Shown: in pieces, positions 1-7,134 of the stretch
How positions within the stretch are numbered: position 1 is the first letter of the stretch
How the letters are laid out: the number at the start of each line of letters is the position of its first letter
From: Acidobacteriota bacterium
GTDB lineage: Bacteria > Acidobacteriota > Vicinamibacteria > Vicinamibacterales > SCN-69-37
Direction of reading: 5' to 3'
DNA length: 64,000 bases
Assembly: GCA_044507065.1 (NCBI GenBank)
Contig: JBIQJY010000006.1
Span: 723 to 64,722 of the forward strand
Made by a program: the position numbers and the translations under genes
Notes under the pieces: generated by a model
Told to the model about the DNA's origin: nothing
Database searches by the model: none
Seen by the model: only the letters and a program-made list of their open reading frames with translations

Positions 1-801
1 GTCGCGGTAGTCGTTGGTCGTGACGTGGCCCAGCGAAAGATTGAGGACGCGGATCCGGTAGCGCTCCTTGTTGGCGATCGTGAAGTCAATGGCGTCGATG
101 ACACCCGAAACGGTGCCGGTGCCGTCCGCGCCGAGAACGCGCAGACTCAGCAATTCCGCGCCGGGTGCCATGCCGACGTAGTGAGTGCCGTCAGTTGAAC
201 GGCTGCCCGTGCCGCTACCCGAAATGATGCCGGCCACGTGCGTGCCGTGACCGTAGGCGTCCGCGGAGGTGCTGCCATCGCCGGTGAAATCCAGCGACAG
301 CCGGACCCGGCGGAACACGTCACCGTGCGGAGCAATGCCGGAGTCGAGCACTGCCACACCGACGCCCGCACCCGTCAAGCCGCCAAAACTCCGGCCGTTG
401 TCGGCGCCACGCCAGAGCAGGTTGGCTCCCGTTGACTGCGTCGTCACCGACGTCGTGGCGACAACGACGTCGTCGGCCGCCAGGGCGCTGACGTTGCTGT
501 CGCCAGCAACCTGCGTGATCTGTGAGCCCGTCCCGGACAAGACCGCGCCGAGCGCCAGCCGCTTGACGACCTCAACGCCATACGTGCGCGCCAGCCGGTC
601 GACTTCAGCCTGCGGGGCCTGCACCAGGAAGTGCACGGACGAGGAGCCGCCCTGGGCAACACGCTGCTCGAGGCTCCGAGACATGCGCGCCCGGTGCTGC
701 GCCTGGGCCGCATCCGGCATCAAGAATGTAATTGCGGTCGCGCCAAGCAATCCGACGAGGCCCGAACGACACAGTGACATGCGGCGAATCGACAGATTCA
801 T
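1..801 (-). CDS. Subtilisin-like (S8) serine peptidase, N-terminal 267 codons; the 3' end lies beyond position 1
   Basis: My own minus-strand translation; the ORF is open at the window edge, so it is not in the ORF track. It begins MNLSIRRMSLCRSGLVGLLGATAITFLMPDAAQA (signal-like). It contains GVAVLDSGI (catalytic Asp), DAYGHGTHVAGII (catalytic His) and RVLNLSLG (Asn region). There are no stops in frame from 801 to 1. The catalytic Ser would lie outside the window. Confidence 0.85.
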   Translation of the reverse strand, partial: MNLSIRRMSLCRSGLVGLLGATAITFLMPDAAQAQHRARMSRSLEQRVAQGGSSSVHFLVQAPQAEVDRLARTYGVEVVKRLALGAVLSGTGSQITQVAGDSNVSALAADDVVVATTSVTTQSTGANLLWRGADNGRSFGGLTGAGVGVAVLDSGIAPHGDVFRRVRLSLDFTGDGSTSADAYGHGTHVAGIISGSGTGSRSTDGTHYVGMAPGAELLSLRVLGADGTGTVSGVIDAIDFTIANKERYRIRVLNLSLGHVTTNDYRD

Positions 802-860
802 ATTGAGGAGTCTTTTGTGATCAGCGCCAGTCCGTTGCGGACGTGCTGCTGACAAACGTT

Positions 861-876
861 GGCAGTTCGCGTGCCA
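861..876 (-). promoter_or_regulatory. Candidate sigma54 (-24/-12) promoter for the S8 peptidase gene
   Basis: The minus strand reads TGGCACGCGAACTGCC against the consensus TGGCACG-N4-TTGCW. The -24 element is exact, the GG-N10-GC spacing is correct, and the -12 element has one mismatch. There are 59 nt between the motif and the ATG at 801. Confidence 0.5.
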
Positions 877-1060
877 TCTCCCGCGGTCCCGCATAGCGGG
901 TCGACGCTAAGTGCTAGAATCAGCGTGATTTAGCTTCCACGCACCGTGACGAAACTTGCGGGTCGAGCTCGAAATTTGTCGTGTTGATTGCGAGTTTGTA
1001 ATCGTCTATCCGGCCGGCGGTCCGAGATGGTCGATTACGAGGGCGATTAGTACACGAAAA

Positions 1061-1095
1061 ATCACAAAAATGAAAGTCGATTTCAGATCTGTGAT
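1061..1095. repeat. Nested inverted repeat ATCACA-aaaa-TGAAA-gtcga-TTTCA-gatc-TGTGAT in an AT-rich stretch; possible activator binding site
   Basis: Read directly. The outer arms are ATCACA/TGTGAT (1061-1066, 1090-1095) and the inner arms are TGAAA/TTTCA (1071-1075, 1081-1085). It lies 185-235 bp upstream (in the minus sense) of the 861-876 sigma54 motif. Confidence 0.35.
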
Positions 1096-1414
1096 CCGAC
1101 GAGCCGGTTCCTCCGGGAGCGGGCGGCGCCCCAAGCGCGTGGACGCCTGGTCACGACGCGCGAATCGGATGCCGCGCCCCGGCGCCAACTACCAATTTCG
1201 GTCGCCGTCTTACGATTCTGCCACCGGCGCCGCGGGTCGATGGACCGAGATCTGGCGGGCCCACGGTGGCGTTACGTTTTCGTGGCGGACCGTGGCGACG
1301 GCCAGATTTCCTCCAGGTGGTCGAACGGGTGCACAATTCGAGGCGGTCACGCAGGGACAGGTCCGATAAATCCGGCCATCCGGCTCGCAGCGACCCCAAC
1401 GAGGATTCGAAACC

Positions 1415-2515
1415 ATGGCATTGCCGACCACTCCACGACTGCTTCTCGGACCGGGCCCATCACCCGTCTCCGCCCGCGTGATGCGGGCCCTCGGCGCGCC
1501 GGCGCGTTCACACCTGGACCCCGATCTCGTGGCGCTCCTCGATGACATCCGAACCCGGACACGCCGTGTGTTTCGGGCCTCGGATGACAGCGAGGCTCTG
1601 GCCGTGTCGGGCACGGGCTCGGCCGGCATGGAGGCTGTCGTGGCCAATCTGACGAAGTCCGGCCATCGGGCCCTGGTGGTCGTCACCGGGTATTTCGGTG
1701 ACCGTCTTGCGGGAACGTTGCAGCGCCACGGCGCGCACGTCGATCGCGTCGAAGGGGAGTGGGGGCGGGCCATCGATCCACGCCTCGTGGCCGATGCCCT
1801 CGGCAGGCAGCGCTACGACATCGTCGGCGTAGTTCACGCCGAGACATCGACCGGGGTACGTAATCCGGTGCCCGAGATTGCCGCCGCGGCGCACCAACAT
1901 GACGCGCTGGTCATCGTTGACGCCGTCACGTCCCTGGGAGCGATGCCGCTCGAGATTGCCGCCTGGGGCGTCGACGCCTGCTACTCATGTTCCCAGAAAG
2001 GACTGGGCGCACCGGCGGGAATGGCACCGGTTGTGTTCGGCCCGCGCGCGCTCGCGCGGAAGGTCGAATGCCGGAGCTTCTACCTGGATCTGAATCTGCT
2101 ACTGGATTTCTGGGTGCGCAGGAAATATCACCATACGATCTCGGCGCCGCTCGTCTACGCCCTCTCAGAGGCGCTTGCCGAGGTCGAAGAGGAAGGCCTC
2201 GAGGCGCGCTGGGCCCGGCACGAGCAGGTCCACCTCGGGTTTGTCGCGGCTCTGGCCGAACTCGGGCTGTCGCTGTTGCCCCCGGCACCTGAGCGGCTCT
2301 GGAGCCTCAACGCGGTCCGTGTCCCGGACGGGGTGGACGATGCCGCGGTACGCCGTCGGCTGCTCGAGCGCGAGAACATCGAGATTGGCGCGGGACTCGG
2401 GCCGCTGGCGGGTCGCATCTTCCGCATCGGGTTGATGGGCGGAGGCGCCACCCAGGAGAACGCCACACGGGTCTCGGCGGCGCTCGGCGAGGCCCTCATG
2501 GAGAAACAGGGATGA
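1415..2515 (+). CDS. Class V (PLP) aminotransferase, serine-pyruvate/alanine-glyoxylate type
   Basis: 366 aa. The N-terminus LLLGPGPSPVSARVMRAL is typical of AGXT-like enzymes. SCSQKGLGAPAG carries the Schiff-base Lys (SxK). Third-position GC is high throughout. Confidence 0.85.
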   Translation: MALPTTPRLLLGPGPSPVSARVMRALGAPARSHLDPDLVALLDDIRTRTRRVFRASDDSEALAVSGTGSAGMEAVVANLTKSGHRALVVVTGYFGDRLAGTLQRHGAHVDRVEGEWGRAIDPRLVADALGRQRYDIVGVVHAETSTGVRNPVPEIAAAAHQHDALVIVDAVTSLGAMPLEIAAWGVDACYSCSQKGLGAPAGMAPVVFGPRALARKVECRSFYLDLNLLLDFWVRRKYHHTISAPLVYALSEALAEVEEEGLEARWARHEQVHLGFVAALAELGLSLLPPAPERLWSLNAVRVPDGVDDAAVRRRLLERENIEIGAGLGPLAGRIFRIGLMGGGATQENATRVSAALGEALMEKQG

Positions 2516-3948
2516 AAACCGCATGCCGTCTGCTGCTCGTGACGCTCGTCGCGTGGGGATGCGCGACCAATCCGGCCACCGGCCGCCGACAGCTCATGCT
2601 GATGTCGGAAGCCGAGGAAATCCAGATCGGCAGGCAGTCCGACGCGGAAATCCGGCAGCAAATGGGGCTGTATGACGACGCTGCGCTGCAGGAGTACGTC
2701 CGCTCCGTCGGCGCGCGGCTGATGACCGCGTCGCATCGGCCGAACCTCCCGTGGACGTTCGCCGTGGTCGATGAACCGGCGGTCAACGCGTTTGCCGTGC
2801 CCGGCGGCTTCATCTACCTGACGCGGGGCATCCTCCCATACCTGCAGGATGAGGCGCAGCTGGCCGGGGTCATGGGACACGAGATTGGCCACGTCGACGC
2901 GCGCCATTCGGCCGAAGCCTATTCACGGCAACTTGGAGCGGGCCTGACGCTTGCGATCGCCGGCATTTTCGCGCCCCCCGAGACGCAGGCGCTGCAGCAG
3001 GCGGCGGGTGTCGGACTGGGTGTGCTCTTCCTGCGGTACGGCCGTGACGCGGAGCTCGAATCCGACAGGCTCGGCGTCACCTATGCCGCGGCCAACGGCT
3101 GGGATCCGCGCGGCGTGCCCGGCATGCTGTCGACGCTCGCGCGTCTGGACGAGGCCAGCGGCTCGAGTCGCGGTGTGCCGAACTGGGCGCTGACCCATCC
3201 ACCGGCTGCTGACCGCGTCGAACGTGTGCAGGAGGCCGTGGCCGCCGCGCCGTCGGGCGCGACCACGACCAATGCGTCGGCGTTCGAGCGGCACCTCGAC
3301 GGCATGGTCTTCGGCGACAGCCGCGAGAAGGGCATCGTCCGAGGCAACCAGTTTCTCCATCCGATTCTCCGGTTTGCCGTCAGTTTTCCGGACGGCTGGC
3401 AGGTGAGCAACACCGACACGCAGGTGTCGGCCCGGCCGGGCGAGTCGAGTAATGCCGTGATGTTGCTGGAACTCATGCAGGGGGGCGGCGGCTCGGTGCA
3501 GCAGGTGGCCTCGGCGCAGATGGCCCAGGCCGGCTGGCGGGAGACGTCGGGCGAGCGCGTGTCAATCAACGGTCTGGAGGCCTACGTCGCAACCTATCAG
3601 GGAGCCATACAGAACACGCCAGTAGCGATGCGCGCCGCGCATGTGCGGGCGGGCAATCAGACGTACGTCATCGCCGGCCTGGCACCCACCCAGCAATTTG
3701 CCAACACGGCGCAGGTCTTCGCTTCGTCGATTCGCAGCTTCCGCACGCTCACGGCGGCCGAGGCCGAGCGCATCCAGCCGGATCGCGTCGACTTCCGGAC
3801 CGCACGATCGGGCGATACATGGGAATCGCTGGCGCGGGAGGTGAGTGCCGGGCGTGTGAGCGCTGCGACGCTCGCGATCATGAACGGGCGCACCGTCTCG
3901 ACGCCGCCGAAGGCGGGCGAACGCCTTCGCATCGTCGTCGGCGGCTGA
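2512..3948 (+). CDS. M48-family zinc metalloprotease lipoprotein with C-terminal LysM domain
   Basis: Lipobox LVAWGC. HEIGHV zinc motif with downstream E (ELESD). The C-terminus DTWESLAREV...ATLAIMNG...KAGERLRIV is LysM-like. There is an ATGA overlap with the upstream gene. Confidence 0.85.
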   Translation: MKTACRLLLVTLVAWGCATNPATGRRQLMLMSEAEEIQIGRQSDAEIRQQMGLYDDAALQEYVRSVGARLMTASHRPNLPWTFAVVDEPAVNAFAVPGGFIYLTRGILPYLQDEAQLAGVMGHEIGHVDARHSAEAYSRQLGAGLTLAIAGIFAPPETQALQQAAGVGLGVLFLRYGRDAELESDRLGVTYAAANGWDPRGVPGMLSTLARLDEASGSSRGVPNWALTHPPAADRVERVQEAVAAAPSGATTTNASAFERHLDGMVFGDSREKGIVRGNQFLHPILRFAVSFPDGWQVSNTDTQVSARPGESSNAVMLLELMQGGGGSVQQVASAQMAQAGWRETSGERVSINGLEAYVATYQGAIQNTPVAMRAAHVRAGNQTYVIAGLAPTQQFANTAQVFASSIRSFRTLTAAEAERIQPDRVDFRTARSGDTWESLAREVSAGRVSAATLAIMNGRTVSTPPKAGERLRIVVGG

Positions 3949-3951
3949 GTC

Positions 3952-4788
3952 GTGGCACGACGCCGCTCCCGATCGCGCGGCCGGCGGTTCCTGTGGCGCG
4001 CCTTCGTGGCCGTCGGTGGACTGGCGCTGGCTGTCGCGTTCTACGTCTGGGTGAGCCTCCCGGACGCCAGTTCGCTTCGAGCCCGGCGTCCGGAGCGGAC
4101 CGCCTTCATGAAGATCCGCGCAGCCGAGGCGCTCGACGCGGGAAGACCGGTCCGCGAGGTTTGGATCTGGACCGACTACGACCGCATCTCGCCACACCTC
4201 AAACGCGCGGTGCTGGTGGCTGAGGATGCGGCGTTCTGGACGCACAACGGCTTCGACCTGTCCGAGCTCCGCGCCTCGATCGAGACGGCCTGGAAGACAG
4301 GCGGGCCTTTGCGCGGCGCGTCCACGATCACGCAACAGCTGGCCAAGAACCTTTATCTGTCACCCTCCCGCAATCCGCTGAGAAAGATCGAAGAAGCGCT
4401 GATTACGCGCCGTCTCGAAGCGGAGCTGTCGAAAACGCGGATCTTCGAGTTGTATCTGAACGTCGTGGAGTGGGGCGACGGCGTCTGGGGCGCCGAGGCG
4501 GCTGCCCGCACGCATTTCGGCCAGTCGGCGGCAGGTCTGTCGCGCGAGCAGGCGGCGCTCCTGGCTGGCGCGCTCATCAACCCGCGTGTCTATTCGCCGT
4601 CGAGCCCGAACGCGCGCCTGCGCGCGCGCCAGCGTCTGATCCTCGCCCGGATGGGCGGCGCACGCGGCACGCCGCCCGAGAGGGTGCCCGCCGATGCCGC
4701 GCCGCTGCCCGTCACGCCGGACGAACTGCCGCAGGGGCCGGGCATCCAGACGCTGCCCGGGCCCGCGGCGGCCGAGCACGCTCAATAG
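3952..4788 (+). CDS. mtgA: Monofunctional peptidoglycan glycosyltransferase (GT51)
   Basis: 278 aa with an N-terminal TM helix. GT51 motifs are present: VLVAEDAAFWTHNGFD, GASTITQQLAKNLYL and RKIEEALITRRLE. Confidence 0.85.
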   Translation: MARRRSRSRGRRFLWRAFVAVGGLALAVAFYVWVSLPDASSLRARRPERTAFMKIRAAEALDAGRPVREVWIWTDYDRISPHLKRAVLVAEDAAFWTHNGFDLSELRASIETAWKTGGPLRGASTITQQLAKNLYLSPSRNPLRKIEEALITRRLEAELSKTRIFELYLNVVEWGDGVWGAEAAARTHFGQSAAGLSREQAALLAGALINPRVYSPSSPNARLRARQRLILARMGGARGTPPERVPADAAPLPVTPDELPQGPGIQTLPGPAAAEHAQ

Positions 4789-5375
4789 TGATCGCCTGTT
4801 GACGCCGACGCGTCGGCCGTTGGTATCGCGTCGATGGGGAGGCGACGCACGCCGAGCGTGCGCGAGTTCCAATACGGCGTGTCGAACCGTTCGATGCGAA
4901 CCACCGCGCCGGTGCCGGGCGCGTGGACGAACGTGCGCGCGTCGGGGTCCAGCACGATGCCGACATGAGTCGCTCCGGGGCCGGTCGTGGAAAAGAAGAT
5001 GAGGTCTCCCTTCGCAATGCTGGTCGCCGCCACGTCGCGGCCCACCCGGAACTGTTCCGCAGCCGTGCGCGGCACCTCCATGCTGAACTGCCCGAACACG
5101 TAGCGAACGAAACCACTGCAGTCGAAACCGCTCTGCGGCGTCGTGCCGCCGAGCCGGTACGGTGACCCGAGCAGGGATACAGCCGCTTGCAGCAGGGGCC
5201 CGACCGCCGATACGCGCAGGGGTTCGAGGGCAGGTCTCGACGCCCAGGCCTGGGGTGGGGCACCGGGAAACGGGGCCGGGCGCGATCCGATCGGCGGGGC
5301 CGATGCACAGCCTGCCGCCAGAACCAGGATCGCCACCGCGGTGCCGAACAATTGTCGTGGCGAGGCGGTGACCAT
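4782..5375 (-). CDS. NlpC/P60 (C40) cell-wall peptidase lipoprotein
   Basis: SGFDCSGFVRYVF (catalytic Cys) and THVGIVLD (His). Lipobox LAAGC follows the internal Met (MVTASPRQ...). The ORF could start at 5477, but the start at 5375 gives a normal signal peptide. Confidence 0.8.
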   Translation of the reverse strand: MVTASPRQLFGTAVAILVLAAGCASAPPIGSRPAPFPGAPPQAWASRPALEPLRVSAVGPLLQAAVSLLGSPYRLGGTTPQSGFDCSGFVRYVFGQFSMEVPRTAAEQFRVGRDVAATSIAKGDLIFFSTTGPGATHVGIVLDPDARTFVHAPGTGAVVRIERFDTPYWNSRTLGVRRLPIDAIPTADASASTGDHY

Positions 5376-5515
5376 GGCACCGACGTTATCGACCGCGCCA
5401 GGGGTGTCCTGCACCGGCGCGGCCCTGCCTTTCTCGCCCCCGTCCCGGTAACTACCTGATATCGCTGGTGTTAACATCGTCGAGTTCTTGACAACAATCC
5501 GAGGGACCAGCCAGA

Positions 5516-6058
5516 ATGAGCCGGGCCATGGAACAGACCCTTCTGCTCAACGCGACGTATGAGCCGCTGAAGGTGGTGCATTGGCAGAAGGCCATCACTC
5601 TCTGGGCTCAGGGCAAGGTCGAGATTGTCTCGGTCTACGACCGCGAGATCCGTTCCGTCTCGTTCAGCATAAAGCTGCCGTCGGTCATCCGGCTGCTGCG
5701 CCGCATCCGCATCCGCCGGGCGGTGGAGCACGTGCCGTTCTCTCGCGCCAATATCTACGCGCGCGACGATCACAAGTGTCAGTATTGCGGTGAGGCGTTC
5801 CCGACCGGCGAGCTCACGTTCGACCACGTCGTGCCGGTCGCCCACGGCGGCCGGAAAGACTGGGAAAACATCGTTACCTGCTGCATCACCTGCAATCGCC
5901 GGAAGGGTGGCCGCACGCCGGAACAGGCGGGCATGCGGCTCATTCGTCCGCCGCGACGCCCGTCGCGTGCCCCGGCGATCCGCATCACGTTCGGCCTTCG
6001 CAACGCCCCGGAGAGCTGGCGTGACTACGTCTACTGGAACGTCGAACTCGACACCTAG
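5516..6058 (+). CDS. HNH endonuclease family protein
   Basis: The HNH/zinc motif is CQYCG...LTFDHVVPVAHGG...NIVTCCITCNRRKG. 180 aa. Confidence 0.8.
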   Translation: MSRAMEQTLLLNATYEPLKVVHWQKAITLWAQGKVEIVSVYDREIRSVSFSIKLPSVIRLLRRIRIRRAVEHVPFSRANIYARDDHKCQYCGEAFPTGELTFDHVVPVAHGGRKDWENIVTCCITCNRRKGGRTPEQAGMRLIRPPRRPSRAPAIRITFGLRNAPESWRDYVYWNVELDT

Positions 6059-6066
6059 GGGGACCC

Positions 6067-7098
6067 GTGCCTGATGCCCGGGCGTCGGTCCAACCACGCT
6101 GGGCGGTTCCGGGTGGCGTCGTGCGCCTCGAAGGCACCGACCTGCCGCTGCAGGCCGGCGGACCGCCACGGGTGCATGTGGGCGGTGTGCAGGCCCGCGT
6201 CCAGAGCGCCTCCTCCTCGCGCGTGCGGCTCGTCGTTCCGGTTCTCGACGACGACGGTTGGTTACCGGTGCAGGTGGATCCTGGCGGGCTTGTGGCCGGT
6301 GAACTCCTGGTGGCGCGGCCCGTTGCCACGGGCCTCCACCAGGTGGACAGCCCCGCCTACGACGGCCTGGGACGCCTCTATGTCACGCACAGCGGGTCGC
6401 GCGGCGTGAAGATCCCGATCCCGCTCTATCGCCTTCATGCCGACGGCGCGCGCGAACCGCTGGCCATCGACCTGCCCAATCCCACCTCTATGGCGCTGGG
6501 ACCAGATGGCGCCATGTTCGTCTCGAGCCGCTTCGAGGGCCAGGTCTACAGGCTGGCCGAGAACGACGCCGTCGAGGTGTATGCGTCGGACCTCGGGGTT
6601 CCGACCGGCCTCGCCTTCTCGCGCGACGGCGTACTTTTCGTGGGCGATCGGTCGGGGTCGATTCTGCGCGTCACGCGCGGGCGCGAGGTGGATGTCTTCG
6701 CCACGCTGCCAGCCAGCGTTGCCGCGTTCCACCTGGCGTTTGGTCCTGACGACTGTCTCTACGTATCGGCGCCAACGCTGTCGGCCCACGATGCGATCTA
6801 TCGCATCACGCCGGACCGGCTGGTCGACACCGTCTACGACGGTTTCGGCCGGCCTCAGGGACTCGCCTTCGCTGGCGACGGGATGCTGTACGTCGCCGAG
6901 GCGCTGGCCGGCGCCAGCGGCATCTATCGGCTGGACGTGTCATCGTCCGCACCCGTCCCGGAACTGGTGGTGGCCACCCCGGTGGTCGTTGGCCTGACGG
7001 TGGACCCGGTGCAGGGGCTGGTCATCGCGTCGAACGACACCGTGTGGAAACTGGACGCCCCGGTGGCCGCTGCGGCAGCCCGGCCCCTGTCGCCATAG
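6067..7098 (+). CDS. IPT/TIG-like domain fused to an NHL/SGL-type beta-propeller, no signal peptide
   Basis: The N-terminal ~90 aa (VVRLEGTDL...VHVGGVQARV...SRVRLVVP) look IPT-like. The rest has repeated blades with P.GLAF..DG.L(F/Y)V motifs (PTGLAFSRDGVLFVGD, PQGLAFAGDGMLYVAE). GTG start 8 nt after the HNH stop. Confidence 0.6.
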   Translation: MPDARASVQPRWAVPGGVVRLEGTDLPLQAGGPPRVHVGGVQARVQSASSSRVRLVVPVLDDDGWLPVQVDPGGLVAGELLVARPVATGLHQVDSPAYDGLGRLYVTHSGSRGVKIPIPLYRLHADGAREPLAIDLPNPTSMALGPDGAMFVSSRFEGQVYRLAENDAVEVYASDLGVPTGLAFSRDGVLFVGDRSGSILRVTRGREVDVFATLPASVAAFHLAFGPDDCLYVSAPTLSAHDAIYRITPDRLVDTVYDGFGRPQGLAFAGDGMLYVAEALAGASGIYRLDVSSSAPVPELVVATPVVVGLTVDPVQGLVIASNDTVWKLDAPVAAAAARPLSP

Positions 7099-7134
7099 CG
7101 CGTCGCGGGTCCCGGCGGCGAGTACAATGGCGAA

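Noticed and set aside
860-875. The plus-strand reading of the palindromic S8 site (TGGCAGTTCGCGTGCC) as a promoter for the aminotransferase.
   Set aside because: The -12 element is poorer (gTGCc) and the start codon is about 540 nt away. The minus-strand reading is closer to consensus and lies 59 nt from its gene.
956-1369. A 137-aa ORF, and a nested 100-aa ATG ORF from about 1070, inside the long gap upstream of the aminotransferase.
   Set aside because: The product is Arg-rich with no motifs. Many codons end in A or T (aga, tct, cga, ggt, ttt, caa), unlike the strong GC3 bias of the real genes here.
1100-1414. A possible riboswitch (for example glycine) or other Rfam element upstream of the class V aminotransferase.
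   Set aside because: I could not find any signature I recognise, such as glycine, SAM, TPP or ykkC cores. Only generic GC helices are present. I left this as an open question inside the first finding rather than a call.
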